Positions 44,185-54,001 of a stretch of 64,000 bases of DNA are shown piece after piece. The DNA is from a bacterium. Lineage in GTDB: Bacteria; UBP4; UBA4092; JAOAEQ01. The notes below the pieces were generated by a model. That model searched no databases, was not told the origin of the DNA, and was given only the letters and a program-made list of their open reading frames with translations. A program made the translations under genes and the position numbers. How positions within the stretch are numbered: position 1 is the stretch's first letter; each line of letters opens with the position of its first letter. The DNA is taken from the NCBI GenBank assembly GCA_026416715.1, contig JAOAEQ010000003.1:11698-75697 (forward strand), in the 5' to 3' direction.

Positions 44185-44757
44185 ATGAACGCAAGAATCA
44201 AACAACGAATTCAAGAAGGTATTGAGATTAAAACGTTATTGCTCGATGATGGGATTGTAAACAATATTGCACAGATTATAACGGAAATCATTGCAACTTA
44301 TCATCGTGGAGGGAAAGTTATTTTATTTGGAAATGGCGGGAGTGCCGCCGATGCGCAGCATATTGCCGCGGAATTCGTCGGTCGGTTTATGAAAGAAAGA
44401 AAAGGTTTACCTGCAATTGCGTTAACCGTTAATACTTCTATTGTAACTGGAGTAGCCAATGATTATGGATACGAGCAAGTATTCGTTCGTCAACTTGAAG
44501 CGCTCGCAACCCAACAAGACCTGGTTATCGCCATCAGCACCAGTGGTAATGCAGCGAATGTAAATCGAGCGGTTGAATTTGCTAAATCTATGGGATTAAA
44601 AACTGTCGGATTAACCGGTGGTACCGGCGGAACCTTAGCAACGCTTGTTGATATTAGCGTGATTATACCAACCGCAATTACTCCACGAATTCAGGAAGCT
44701 CATATTACGCTAGGTCATATCATCTGTGAATTGGTCGAGGAAGAACTATTTAAATAG
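44185..44757 (+). CDS. gmhA: D-sedoheptulose-7-phosphate isomerase
   Basis: GGKVILFGNGGSAADAQHIAAEFVGRF, DLVIAISTSGNAANV, QEAHITLGHIICELVE: SIS-domain GmhA signature. Confidence 0.85.
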   Translation: MNARIKQRIQEGIEIKTLLLDDGIVNNIAQIITEIIATYHRGGKVILFGNGGSAADAQHIAAEFVGRFMKERKGLPAIALTVNTSIVTGVANDYGYEQVFVRQLEALATQQDLVIAISTSGNAANVNRAVEFAKSMGLKTVGLTGGTGGTLATLVDISVIIPTAITPRIQEAHITLGHIICELVEEELFK

Positions 44758-44783
44758 ACTTTAGGTTGTTATCAAAGATTCTT

Positions 44784-45269
44784 ATGAACCGTGATACTCG
44801 CACAAAAATTATCGCGCGCGAAAATCTCAAACCGATTATTGTACAACTACAACAACAAGGGGAAAAAATCGTTTTTACTAACGGTTGTTTCGACATAATC
44901 CATATCGGTCATGTGCGGTTACTACAGCAAGCGCGGCAGCTAGGAGATAAACTTATCGTAGCTATTAACACGGATGAATCGGTGCAAGAATTGAAAGGGA
45001 GTACGCGGCCGATTCTCGGTCAACAGGATCGAGCCGAAATGCTTGCAGCGTTAGAATGTGTCGATTATGTAACGTTTTTTCAAGAAACGATTCCATTAGC
45101 TACCATACTTCTTTTACGGCCGGACGTATTAGTGAAAGGCGGAGATTATACGTTAGACGAAATCGTAGGGTATAAAGAAGTGTTAGCGTATGGTGGTAAG
45201 GTTTTCACCATTCCATTAGTTCAAGGGTTTTCGACAACAACACTCATTGAAAAAATTAAGCGATTGTAA
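44784..45269 (+). CDS. hldC: D-glycero-beta-D-manno-heptose-1-phosphate adenylyltransferase (stand-alone RfaE domain II / HldC type)
   Basis: KIVFTNGCFDIIHIGHVRLLQQARQLGDKLIVAINTDESVQELKGSTRPILGQQDRAEMLAALECVDYVTFF...PDVLVKGGDY is the cytidylyltransferase-fold RfaE-II pattern. Start at the ATG at 44784; a TTG at 44766 is also possible. Confidence 0.75.
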   Translation: MNRDTRTKIIARENLKPIIVQLQQQGEKIVFTNGCFDIIHIGHVRLLQQARQLGDKLIVAINTDESVQELKGSTRPILGQQDRAEMLAALECVDYVTFFQETIPLATILLLRPDVLVKGGDYTLDEIVGYKEVLAYGGKVFTIPLVQGFSTTTLIEKIKRL

Positions 45270-45302
45270 TGCGAGTAACAATGGTATTGTTGTATACCAC
45301 CG

Positions 45303-45340
45303 AACCCGTTCTACATTCTATAGAACGGGTTTATTATTTC
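45303..45340 (+). terminator. Rho-independent terminator after hldC
   Basis: AACCCGTTCTA (45303-45313) pairs perfectly with TAGAACGGGTT (45321-45331), with a 7-nt loop, followed by ATTATTTC. Confidence 0.6.
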
Positions 45341-45353
45341 GCAGTATCCACCT

Positions 45354-47372
45354 ATGCATAATTTACTGAAAGATTTAAATCCACAACAGCGAGAAGCGGT
45401 AACCTATCTAGAGGGTCCGCTATTAGTTCTCGCTGGCGCTGGAAGTGGGAAAACTCGCGTTATCACCTATCGAATCGGGTATCTCATTGAACAGAACATT
45501 GTTCGTCCGGCAGAATTGCTTGCGGTTACGTTTACGAACAAAGCAGCCGATGAAATGAAATCACGGGTTGCGCATCTACTAGGCACAGATTTACCGCGAA
45601 TGTGGATTAGTACTTTTCACAGCGCTTGTGTTCGCATATTACGGCGGCATATTCATCTACTCGGTTATACTCCTGAATTTAGCATTTATGACACTGATGA
45701 CCAATTATCACTCATCCGAGATTGTTTTGATGAACTCGGGTATGATACGAAACAACTCAATCCGCGAGCAGTACTCGGAGAGATTTCACGGGCAAAAAAT
45801 AAACTGATTCCACCGGAAAATTTTTATGATGGGAAAGATGATTTTTTTCTCAACCTAGTTAAAAATATCTATGTGAAATATCAAGACCATCTCAAGAAAA
45901 ACGATGCGGTCGATTTCGATGATTTACTGAGTTTAACCGTGCAATTGTTTGAACGGTTCCCCGAAGTGCTGCGTAGATATCAAGACCAATTTCGTCATAT
46001 TTTAGTTGATGAATATCAAGATACCAATCACGCACAATATGTTTTGATAAAGAAACTAGCTGAACCACAACGGCAGATCTGTGTGGTTGGTGATGATGAC
46101 CAGAGTATTTACGGGTGGCGTGGTGCAGATATTCGAAATATTCTTAATTTCGAAAAAGATTATCCAGAAGTTAAAGTAATTATGCTCGAGCAGAACTATC
46201 GGTCAACACCCCAAATACTTGCAGCAGCGAATCGGCTCATTAGCAAAAATCCACGGCGGCATAGGAAAGTATTAAAAACGACGCGCCAGTCCGGAGCACA
46301 ACCTGAATTTTTCTACGCACCGGATGAACTCACCGAGTCTGATTGGGTTTGCCAGCAATTGCTAAACTGGAAAAACCAGGGGAAAAGGAAATGGCGTCAG
46401 GTAGCAATTTTTTATCGTACCCATGCCCAATCCCGTGTATTGGAAGATATGCTTCGCCGGGCTCGAATTCCCTATACCATCGTTAGTGGTATCCGATTCT
46501 ATGAACGAAAAGAAATTAAGGATATTATCGCATATCTACGTCTCTTAATCAATCCAGCAGATGAAATCGCGTTAGAACGAATCATTAATGTTCCCGGTCG
46601 AGGGATTGGAAATAGCACGATTACCCGGTTGAAACAGTTCGCCGCAGAGAAGCAGATATCGCTGTATTACGTGTTAGAACATATCAAAGATATTCCCTCT
46701 CTTCATTCGGGAGTGAGAAGTAAAATTATTCATTTTGTTACACTTATTGAATCATTCCGCAATGCGATGGATAACCTACCAGTCCATGATTTGGTTAAAA
46801 CCATTATTGACCGCCTCGATTATTTTGAGTATTTAAAATCATTCGATCCGGAAGATGGCGAATCACGGATTGAGAATGTGAAAGAATTAGTTTCTGCAGT
46901 AACCGAATTTGAGCTCCGTAGCGAAGATAAAACCTTAGCTGCGTTTCTCAATGAAGTTTCACTACTAACCAATATGGATATTCATACAGAAGCTACGGAT
47001 GCGGTTCAATTGATGACACTGCATAGTGCTAAAGGACTTGAATTCCCGCTCGTGTTCATGATTGGAATGGAGGAGAATTTATTTCCCTGTGTTCGCGACG
47101 AAGACCATCTCGAGTTCACCGATGAAATTGAGGAAGAACGTCGGCTGTGTTATGTCGGGTTAACGCGCGCAAAAGAACAGGTGATATTAACCGCAGCAAG
47201 TTCACGTCGCCAGTATGGCCAGATTGTTTATAATCCTCCGTCTCGTTTTTTAGTTGAAATTAATCCCGAATGGCAAAAAAAGTTCTATCCACTATCCAAA
47301 ATAGCACCTTCTATGGCAAAATATTATAGCAATACTAATTGGAGGTATACCTATGGTTTCCGAAAATTCTGA
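45354..47372 (+). CDS. pcrA: ATP-dependent DNA helicase PcrA/UvrD (superfamily 1A)
   Basis: LNPQQREAVTYLEGPLLVLAGAGSGKTRVITYRI (motif I), VTFTNKAADEM, ILVDEYQDTN, VVGDDDQSIYGWRGA, LEQNYRST, MTLHSAKGLEFPLVFM, RRLCYVGLTRAK. It ends after a linker and lacks the usual C-terminal Tudor domain. Confidence 0.9.
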   Translation: MHNLLKDLNPQQREAVTYLEGPLLVLAGAGSGKTRVITYRIGYLIEQNIVRPAELLAVTFTNKAADEMKSRVAHLLGTDLPRMWISTFHSACVRILRRHIHLLGYTPEFSIYDTDDQLSLIRDCFDELGYDTKQLNPRAVLGEISRAKNKLIPPENFYDGKDDFFLNLVKNIYVKYQDHLKKNDAVDFDDLLSLTVQLFERFPEVLRRYQDQFRHILVDEYQDTNHAQYVLIKKLAEPQRQICVVGDDDQSIYGWRGADIRNILNFEKDYPEVKVIMLEQNYRSTPQILAAANRLISKNPRRHRKVLKTTRQSGAQPEFFYAPDELTESDWVCQQLLNWKNQGKRKWRQVAIFYRTHAQSRVLEDMLRRARIPYTIVSGIRFYERKEIKDIIAYLRLLINPADEIALERIINVPGRGIGNSTITRLKQFAAEKQISLYYVLEHIKDIPSLHSGVRSKIIHFVTLIESFRNAMDNLPVHDLVKTIIDRLDYFEYLKSFDPEDGESRIENVKELVSAVTEFELRSEDKTLAAFLNEVSLLTNMDIHTEATDAVQLMTLHSAKGLEFPLVFMIGMEENLFPCVRDEDHLEFTDEIEEERRLCYVGLTRAKEQVILTAASSRRQYGQIVYNPPSRFLVEINPEWQKKFYPLSKIAPSMAKYYSNTNWRYTYGFRKF

Positions 47373-47712
47373 ACATATCGTTGAATTCAATATCAATGAT
47401 AAAGTTGAACATCCCAAATGGGGATTAGGCGTGGTTATGCATCGGAGCGGTTCCGAAGATAAAGCCAAGGTTGTTGTTCAATTTTATAAAGAAGAAAAAC
47501 TAAAAACTTTGATGGTTAAATATGCGAAATTGAAAAAAGTTGCTTCCGGTACGCCACCGAAACCTGTTCATAAACCGATTATTGAAGAAGAACTTGAAGA
47601 ATCGCATACTGAACTGGATATGGTGCCGCATGTTGAACATTTAACAGGTATTTCCCATACGGATGAAGATGAAAACGTTGAAGAAATTCAAGAAGAGGAA
47701 GATGAAGCGTAA
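47353..47712 (+). CDS. Stand-alone PcrA/UvrD C-terminal Tudor-like domain protein with an acidic tail
   Basis: FNINDKVEHPKWGLGVVMHRSGSEDKAKVVVQFYKEEKLKTLMVKYAKLKKV matches my memory of the PcrA C-terminal pattern (GD.V.H.kWG.GtVv...G.gdd..l.v.F....K.L....A.l). The ATG at 47353 is preceded by GGAGG (7-nt spacing) and overlaps the pcrA 3' end by 20 nt in the +1 frame. The tail is rich in Glu and Asp. Confidence 0.6.
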   Translation: MVSENSEHIVEFNINDKVEHPKWGLGVVMHRSGSEDKAKVVVQFYKEEKLKTLMVKYAKLKKVASGTPPKPVHKPIIEEELEESHTELDMVPHVEHLTGISHTDEDENVEEIQEEEDEA

Positions 47713-47796
47713 TTTGAGGTTAGAAGTGAAAAGGATAGGTTTAGGTAATCGTTAAAATGTCGAATGTTAATTTTATCCGCTATTGAGGTGAGAATT

Positions 47797-48084
47797 ATGT
47801 CGGTATCGATTCAAGATGTAGAACATATAGCGCAATTAGCACGATTGAAATTAACCGAATCAGAAAAACTTGAGTTTCAAAAAGATTTAAACCAGATTTT
47901 AACCTATGTCGAAAAAATAAACGAACTGGATACATCGGAAGTAGAACCAACCTCACATGTGATAGCGCTACGGAATGTTTTTCGCGAAGATATCATGCAC
48001 CCATCTCCTGAAAGGCAAGAGATGTTGAAAAATGCACCTGAGGAACATGATGGATTTTTTAAAGTTCCATCAGTGCTGGAGTAG
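47797..48084 (+). CDS. gatC: Asp-tRNA(Asn)/Glu-tRNA(Gln) amidotransferase subunit C
   Basis: MSVSIQDVEHIAQLARLKLTESEKLEFQKDLNQILTYVEKINELDTSEVEPTSH is the canonical GatC sequence. Start at the ATG at 47797 after GAGGTGA. Confidence 0.85.
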   Translation: MSVSIQDVEHIAQLARLKLTESEKLEFQKDLNQILTYVEKINELDTSEVEPTSHVIALRNVFREDIMHPSPERQEMLKNAPEEHDGFFKVPSVLE

Positions 48085-48112
48085 GCATAAATTTTCGGCT
48101 TATCTAAACTGG

Positions 48113-49954
48113 TTATTTCTTTTCTTTCAATGTCAATTTGACTTCTTCTATCCAAGAGTTGACTTGCGGATCACGACCGCCAACTTTTAAAAATTGCTCA
48201 TAGTTTTGGAGTGCTTTGGGATAATCCTGATATACTTGATGGTAAAGAATTCCTAACCCTTGATACGGTTCAGCGAGATTTGGATTTATCGCCGTCGCTT
48301 TACTATAAGCTTCAATTGCAAATTCATAGTTTTTCTTATACCGATACGCTTTTCCCATTTCCGCATATGCTTCGGCATAGTCTGGTTTATATTTTAATGC
48401 ATCCTGAAAATTGCCAATCGCATTCGAATAATATCCTTCAGCAATGTTAATTTGTCCTAATGCAAAATGCGCAATTGGATTCTGTGGATTTGCCTGAAGG
48501 ACAATTTCAAATTCTTTTCGTGCGAGGTCATATTGTTTAAACTGCCGATATAAAATTGTCCCGAGCGCTAGATGCGCCTGAATTTCATCCGGTCGAATCT
48601 CAGTCGCCCGACGATAATGCGTTATCGCTTCATCATACTTCTGCATCCCTTCAAATGTCATTGCTATTCCATAGTGAGCAGGATAATAGTTCGGTTCGAG
48701 TTCGAGCGCTTTGTAATAGTTTTTGGTGGCGTCAGAATACATTCCACGATAGCGATATGTATCTGCTAGCGAAGTCCAGATTGCACTATCACTCGGCGCT
48801 AATTCTGTCGCCCGCTGGTATCGTTTTATCGCTTCCGCAAATCGTTGCAATTTAACGTTCGTATCGCCCAGTAGACGATGAATTTCAGTCCGATTCGGTT
48901 CAAGCTGTACAGCTTTTTCTAGCATAGATAAGGCAGAGTCAAAGTTATTCTGTTTATATTGAATCGCGCCAAGTTCGTAATATGCTAAACCGAATTCCGG
49001 ACGATATATCAGCGCTTCACTAAAATAATAGACAGCGGTATCGAAAGCATTGAGTGTGACCGCATTTCTTCCAAGCTCGAGATAAGCAGCTGCAATTTGT
49101 TTGGTTAAAACTTGTTTAACCGCATCGCTGGTTTCCTGGCTTAATACCTGTTTATAATCTGCTATCGATTCGTTAAATTTGCCGAGCCGAAAATAAGCTT
49201 CAGCTCGTTGCCATAACGCACTCCGATTGTTGGGCTGGAGTTGCAGCCCGTATGTGAATTGTTCAACCGCATCTTGTTCACGTTGGGCTAGAGTAAGATA
49301 AACACTGCCTAATGAAAAATATACTTCCGGATTAGTCCGGTCATATTCAATTGATTTCTGAAATGCAGAAATCGCTTCTGCTTTGCTGATATGGTCAAGT
49401 TTGTATTTTCCGAGCTGATAGTAGGTCTGGGCAAGTTTTTTCCGTGCTGCGTCCATTAAGACCGGATTCGGATTCTTAGCATAAATCTCTTGATAAAAAG
49501 CGATCGCTTCTTTAAATCGCCCTTGTTGAACCATTTTTTCTCCATCGCTAAAGTAGGGTGCAAGGCGTTCCCATTTGAGTTGGTCGAGTTTCGCAGAGAT
49601 AGTTTTCAATTTTTCATTCGCTTCCGTTGAATTTGGATTGAGTTGTAACGCTAAGGCATATTGCGTTGTCGCCTTATCCAATTCACCTTTTTCAACCGCT
49701 AAATCTCCTGCGCGAATATAATTTGCTTCAGGTGTTTCCTTTTCGATAGCAACAATAGAACTTAGTGGTAAAGAGATAACCCCGACATTTGTTCGAAACT
49801 GGATAAAGGTACTATCTTGCGCAATAATTACTCCAGATAGCGATGAGCCGGATTTAAGTTTAATAATATCTGCTTGAACCGCTGTACTGATGCATAGATA
49901 TAGAAATATCACGCAGATTCTGAGCACTGTGTTTCTTTGGTTGTATCTGAACAT
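48113..49954 (-). CDS. Secreted tetratricopeptide (TPR) repeat protein
   Basis: Signal peptide MFRYNQRNTVLRICVIFLYLCISTAVQA (ATG at 49954), followed by more than 12 TPR-like 34-aa repeats (A..Y...L.l.P....A...LG..Y). Confidence 0.75.
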   Translation of the reverse strand: MFRYNQRNTVLRICVIFLYLCISTAVQADIIKLKSGSSLSGVIIAQDSTFIQFRTNVGVISLPLSSIVAIEKETPEANYIRAGDLAVEKGELDKATTQYALALQLNPNSTEANEKLKTISAKLDQLKWERLAPYFSDGEKMVQQGRFKEAIAFYQEIYAKNPNPVLMDAARKKLAQTYYQLGKYKLDHISKAEAISAFQKSIEYDRTNPEVYFSLGSVYLTLAQREQDAVEQFTYGLQLQPNNRSALWQRAEAYFRLGKFNESIADYKQVLSQETSDAVKQVLTKQIAAAYLELGRNAVTLNAFDTAVYYFSEALIYRPEFGLAYYELGAIQYKQNNFDSALSMLEKAVQLEPNRTEIHRLLGDTNVKLQRFAEAIKRYQRATELAPSDSAIWTSLADTYRYRGMYSDATKNYYKALELEPNYYPAHYGIAMTFEGMQKYDEAITHYRRATEIRPDEIQAHLALGTILYRQFKQYDLARKEFEIVLQANPQNPIAHFALGQINIAEGYYSNAIGNFQDALKYKPDYAEAYAEMGKAYRYKKNYEFAIEAYSKATAINPNLAEPYQGLGILYHQVYQDYPKALQNYEQFLKVGGRDPQVNSWIEEVKLTLKEKK

Positions 49955-50268
49955 GTTTTGTCCCATAAAACCAGCAATAAAAAATTGACCGGAAAAATCT
50001 ATCAACCAGCTTGTGCCTAGGATTTCGTGTACAATTATCCTGTATGTATTTTCAGGCTAGAAAAGCTGAGTATATTATGAAATCTATTAAAACTTGCTAG
50101 GTTAATAAAACGTATATTTCTCTTGTTAGTATATATTTATAGCACAATTTGCTGGGATTAACCAAGCAAATTGAGTAAAATTTGGTGAGAGATAGTTATT
50201 TTATGTTCATTTCCTTCGTAGATACGACTGGATATTTCAATGAATGGAAGATTTACACTTCATTCGGT

Positions 50269-52587
50269 TCAAATTCCAGGGTCTGGAGTTTGAGCCCGAA
50301 ATTTTCGTAAACGGAGCGAATTGGTAATCACTGATACTGAGGAGAACGCCATCGCTGCTGCTGCGTAGATAGGGTTGAGTAGGATTCCGAAAAATGGGTA
50401 GAGAACCCCTGCGGCAATAGGGATTCCGATAAGATTGTAGATAAACGCCCAGAATAGATTTTGCTTAATCGTTTTCATGGTTTCTCGGGATAACTGTATA
50501 GCTATTGGAACACTTTTCAAGTCATTTGTAATCAGGGTTATATCCGCAGATTCGATTGCGATATCAGAGCCGGAACTAAGTGCGAGTCCGATATCCGCTT
50601 GAGTTAACGCCGGTGCATCGTTTATCCCATCGCCAACAAACGCAACGATATGTCCCTGCTGTTGTAAGTGTTTAATTTCGTTTGCTTTTTCTTGTGGAAG
50701 CACTTCTGCAATAATCCGATTCATCCCGAGTTGGTTTGCGATTGCCGTAGCAGTTTTTTGATTGTCTCCGGTAAGCAGGATAGTGGTCAATCTGAGGGAT
50801 TCCAGTTGTGCAATAACCTCTTTCGCAGTTGGTTTAAGAGTATCTGCCACCGCTATGATTCCAGCTGGTTTGCCATCAACAGCAATAACCATAATCGTTT
50901 TCCCCTGTGCTGATAAGTCATCAATAGCCTTGATGAATCGGGAACTACCATCGTCTGGACTCGACTCGAAAATCTTGATTTCATTTAACTCCATAAATTT
51001 TTTATTTCCAATTAATATTTTTCTTCCGTTCACTATCCCACTTAATCCCAACCCAGGGTCAACCTTGAATTCTGCCACTTCAACCGGTTTGATTCCCTGT
51101 TTAACAGCATATGTAACGATCGCATCGCTAATTGGATGTTCGGACGCATTCTCAAGTGATGCGACTAAAACCAGCAAATCCGTTTCCGGCGTTTGTAGGG
51201 ATGGTGTCGTATTCGCATCGGTAGAACCGAAATTTACAACAAAATCAGTAACCTGTAACTTCCCTTGGGTAAGGGTTCCGGTTTTATCGAAAACTACGGT
51301 ATCAATCTGCTGTGCTTTTTCCAAACTATCAATATTGCGGATTAAAATGCCGAGTTCCGCCCCTTTCCCGGTTCCAACGATAACCGCTGTTGGAGTAGCT
51401 AAACCCAGTGCACAAGGACAGGCAATGATTAATACTGAGACAAAATTCATGAGCGCAAATCCTAACGATGGTTTCGGACCCAATAATAACCATAACAGAA
51501 ACGTTATGCTGGCAATGCTGATAACCAACGGAACGAAAATCCCGGCAACGCGATCCGCAAAACGTTGAATTGATGGTTTCTGCAATTGCGTTTGCTGAAC
51601 GAGAGCAACGATTTGTGCGAGCATTGTTTCTTTTCCAACCTTGGTTGCACGAACTTTCAATACCCCGTGGATATTGATGGTTGCGCCGATAACCGCATCA
51701 CCAACCTGTTTTTCAACTGGGATACTTTCTCCCGTTAGCATCGATTCATCTACGGCGGACGTTCCATCAATGATAATTCCATCAACAGGAATCTTTTCTC
51801 CTGGGCGAACTATGATAATATCACCAACTAGAATTTCATCAAGTGGAAGGTCTACTTCAGTTTCGTTGCGAATAACACGAGCGGATTTGGGTTGTAATGC
51901 GGTTAGTTTCCGAATCGCAGATGATGTTTGACGCTTCGCTCGCGATTCTAAAAGTTTTCCAAGCAAAATCAGGGTGATAATCGTAGCAGTAGTATCAAAA
52001 TAGATATTGGCGCTAAGGTGCATCGAACCAGCTGAATGGCTCGGGTGAACATCAAATAGCGAATAAAAAGTTGCAATGGTGCTATATAAATAAGCGGAAA
52101 CAGTGCCAACGGTAACTAGCGTATTCATATCAGCGGTTTTATGTTTCGTCGCTGACCAGAATCCACGAAGGAATGGGCTTCCTGCCCAGAAAAGAACCGG
52201 CGTGGTGAGCAGGAATAAGACCAGATTAATAACCTGATTCGGAATCGCTCGAAGCCCAGATATCATATGTGCCATACTACCGAGCATAATGATTGTGGTT
52301 AGAATGGCGCTGATAATAAACTTTTTTTTCACCCGCTTAAATTCTCGTTCTGGGGAATAGGTTTCGGGAGCGATATCAAATCCTGCTTCACGAATTGCCG
52401 CAATGAATTGGGGCAGACCGGTTTGGCTCGCATCATAGGTAATTGCTACTTGTTCGTTAGCAAAATTTACCACCGCTGATTTTACGCCGGGCAGTTCGGA
52501 AACGAACTTCTCGATACTCCGAGCGCAATGTGCGCAGGTCATACCAGCAACCGGAATAATAATCGATTGTATTGTTTTATTTTCCAT
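50269..52587 (-). CDS. copA: Copper-translocating P1B-type ATPase
   Basis: HMA domain [17 protein letters not shown], the transmembrane CPC motif ([13 protein letters not shown]), [15 protein letters not shown]. Confidence 0.95.
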   Translation of the reverse strand: MENKTIQSIIIPVAGMTCAHCARSIEKFVSELPGVKSAVVNFANEQVAITYDASQTGLPQFIAAIREAGFDIAPETYSPEREFKRVKKKFIISAILTTIIMLGSMAHMISGLRAIPNQVINLVLFLLTTPVLFWAGSPFLRGFWSATKHKTADMNTLVTVGTVSAYLYSTIATFYSLFDVHPSHSAGSMHLSANIYFDTTATIITLILLGKLLESRAKRQTSSAIRKLTALQPKSARVIRNETEVDLPLDEILVGDIIIVRPGEKIPVDGIIIDGTSAVDESMLTGESIPVEKQVGDAVIGATINIHGVLKVRATKVGKETMLAQIVALVQQTQLQKPSIQRFADRVAGIFVPLVISIASITFLLWLLLGPKPSLGFALMNFVSVLIIACPCALGLATPTAVIVGTGKGAELGILIRNIDSLEKAQQIDTVVFDKTGTLTQGKLQVTDFVVNFGSTDANTTPSLQTPETDLLVLVASLENASEHPISDAIVTYAVKQGIKPVEVAEFKVDPGLGLSGIVNGRKILIGNKKFMELNEIKIFESSPDDGSSRFIKAIDDLSAQGKTIMVIAVDGKPAGIIAVADTLKPTAKEVIAQLESLRLTTILLTGDNQKTATAIANQLGMNRIIAEVLPQEKANEIKHLQQQGHIVAFVGDGINDAPALTQADIGLALSSGSDIAIESADITLITNDLKSVPIAIQLSRETMKTIKQNLFWAFIYNLIGIPIAAGVLYPFFGILLNPIYAAAAMAFSSVSVITNSLRLRKFRAQTPDPGI

Positions 52588-52640
52588 AGCGAGTTGGAAT
52601 GAGTGAATGATTTACTTTGATATGAAAAATAACCTCTATT

Positions 52641-52669
52641 TTGTTGAATTTCGAATTATATAATATACT
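52641..52669 (+). promoter_or_regulatory. Weak sigma-70-like promoter candidate for the GT-C gene block
   Basis: TTGTTG (52641-52646), a 17-nt spacer, TATACT (52664-52669), 70 nt upstream of the ATG at 52739. Such matches are frequent in AT-rich DNA. Confidence 0.25.
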
Positions 52670-52738
52670 ACATTATAAAACCATCTCTATTTATTTTATT
52701 AGACGTTAAGTAGAATAGACCGATTCAGAAAGGGTTAT

Positions 52739-53998
52739 ATGCAATTACCAGTACGAGCTCCTTCAACGATTATCGAAACGTTGATTCAAAGAAAATATCT
52801 CCAGATATTAACCATCATTTTGGTATTAGTAACCGGTGCAAACTTTCTCTATCACGGTATTATTATACCTGGAACTCAACTGAATATGGATTTCCGGGTA
52901 TATTATCGTTGGGCGGAGTTGTTTAGACTTGACGGGTGGTATCTCCGTGAGATTAAAACTCCAGAACCACATTTTTATTATCCGCCGTTCTGGGGAATGG
53001 TGTTACATCCGTTAACCTTTGTTTCGTATGACGTCGCTAAACTAATTTGGCAATGTATCAATGTATGTTTAGTAGCAGGTTTTATTCTTCTGACATTCCA
53101 TTGGTTGAACGAGTTACATTATGAGAAGGTCAAACAACGATGGATTCAGTGGTTCCTCATAATCGTGGCGTTAGCATATGCGCCAGTATGCGATACCATC
53201 CGAGGTGGCCAGGTAAATTTACTTCTCCTACTCCTATTAAGTTTATCGTTCTATTTCTATCGAAAGGATAGGAAATGGTGGAGCGGAGTTCTGCTCGGCA
53301 TTGCGAGTATGACGAAATTAGTTCCGATTTTGCTCATCGGATATTGGTTCTGGAAAAAGGAATATCAGATTATTATTGTAACCATATTAACCATCAGCAT
53401 TGCTACGCTTTTCACTTTGCTACTCTACGGACCGGAGACGCATCTCGCATATATTAAAGGAAGTGCGATCTATTCGCGATATGTACTTGAACATTGGGAC
53501 TATCAAGCAAATGTATCGTTCTATTCATTCCTACGTGAATTGCAATTGTTCGGCTTTCTCCCGAAAAATTTACCAGCAGTATTGGTTCACTATCTATTCG
53601 CTGGCGTTTGTTGTTTTCTATTGCTCCTTGTTGTTACAAGACAGAAACCATCATGGGTTCAACTAGGATTTGAATATTGCGCAGCGTTAACGCTTATTCC
53701 ATTAATCTTATCGTATACTGAACCGCATCATTTTACTTGGCTTTTACTTGGGTATATTTTTGCTATTATCTATGCAGCGGAGTATACCTCATTACCGGCA
53801 AAAGGATTATTGGCTGTTTCCTGGTTGCTGGTTAACATTGGGTATGCGGTAGATGATTTAACTTCACTCGGTGGTAGTGTTATTGGAATGCGACATATCC
53901 ATTTTCTAGGAATAGTGTTCCTCTATATAGCACTACTCCTAATTCTCGCTGAATTCAATCGAAAAAAGGTAAAAGAGAGAATTGACGAATCAATTTGA
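52739..53998 (+). CDS. GT87/DUF2029-like polytopic membrane glycosyltransferase (GT-C fold)
   Basis: About 10 TM helices. HFYYPPFWGMVLHPL, RGGQVNLLLLLLLS and GIASMTKLVPILLIGYWFWKKE match the DUF2029 pattern (Y.YPP, GQ.N, K..P). Paralog of the next gene. Confidence 0.55.
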   Translation: MQLPVRAPSTIIETLIQRKYLQILTIILVLVTGANFLYHGIIIPGTQLNMDFRVYYRWAELFRLDGWYLREIKTPEPHFYYPPFWGMVLHPLTFVSYDVAKLIWQCINVCLVAGFILLTFHWLNELHYEKVKQRWIQWFLIIVALAYAPVCDTIRGGQVNLLLLLLLSLSFYFYRKDRKWWSGVLLGIASMTKLVPILLIGYWFWKKEYQIIIVTILTISIATLFTLLLYGPETHLAYIKGSAIYSRYVLEHWDYQANVSFYSFLRELQLFGFLPKNLPAVLVHYLFAGVCCFLLLLVVTRQKPSWVQLGFEYCAALTLIPLILSYTEPHHFTWLLLGYIFAIIYAAEYTSLPAKGLLAVSWLLVNIGYAVDDLTSLGGSVIGMRHIHFLGIVFLYIALLLILAEFNRKKVKERIDESI

Positions 53999-54001
53999 AA
54001 T

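Noticed and set aside
50130-50270. Inverted repeats CAATTTGCT/AGCAAATTG (around 50137-50165) and GAATGGAAG/CTTCATTC (around 50241-50264) downstream of copA, considered as terminators or a metal-regulator operator
   Set aside because: The stems are short, no U-tract follows on the minus strand, and they sit downstream rather than upstream of copA. No CsoR, CueR or CopY gene is nearby.
50762-51568. 268-aa plus-strand ORF, plus 50668-50913 and 51641-51931
   Set aside because: They are antisense to the strongly supported copA gene. The sequence is low-complexity and Ser/Pro/Thr-rich with no motifs, typical of shadow ORFs.
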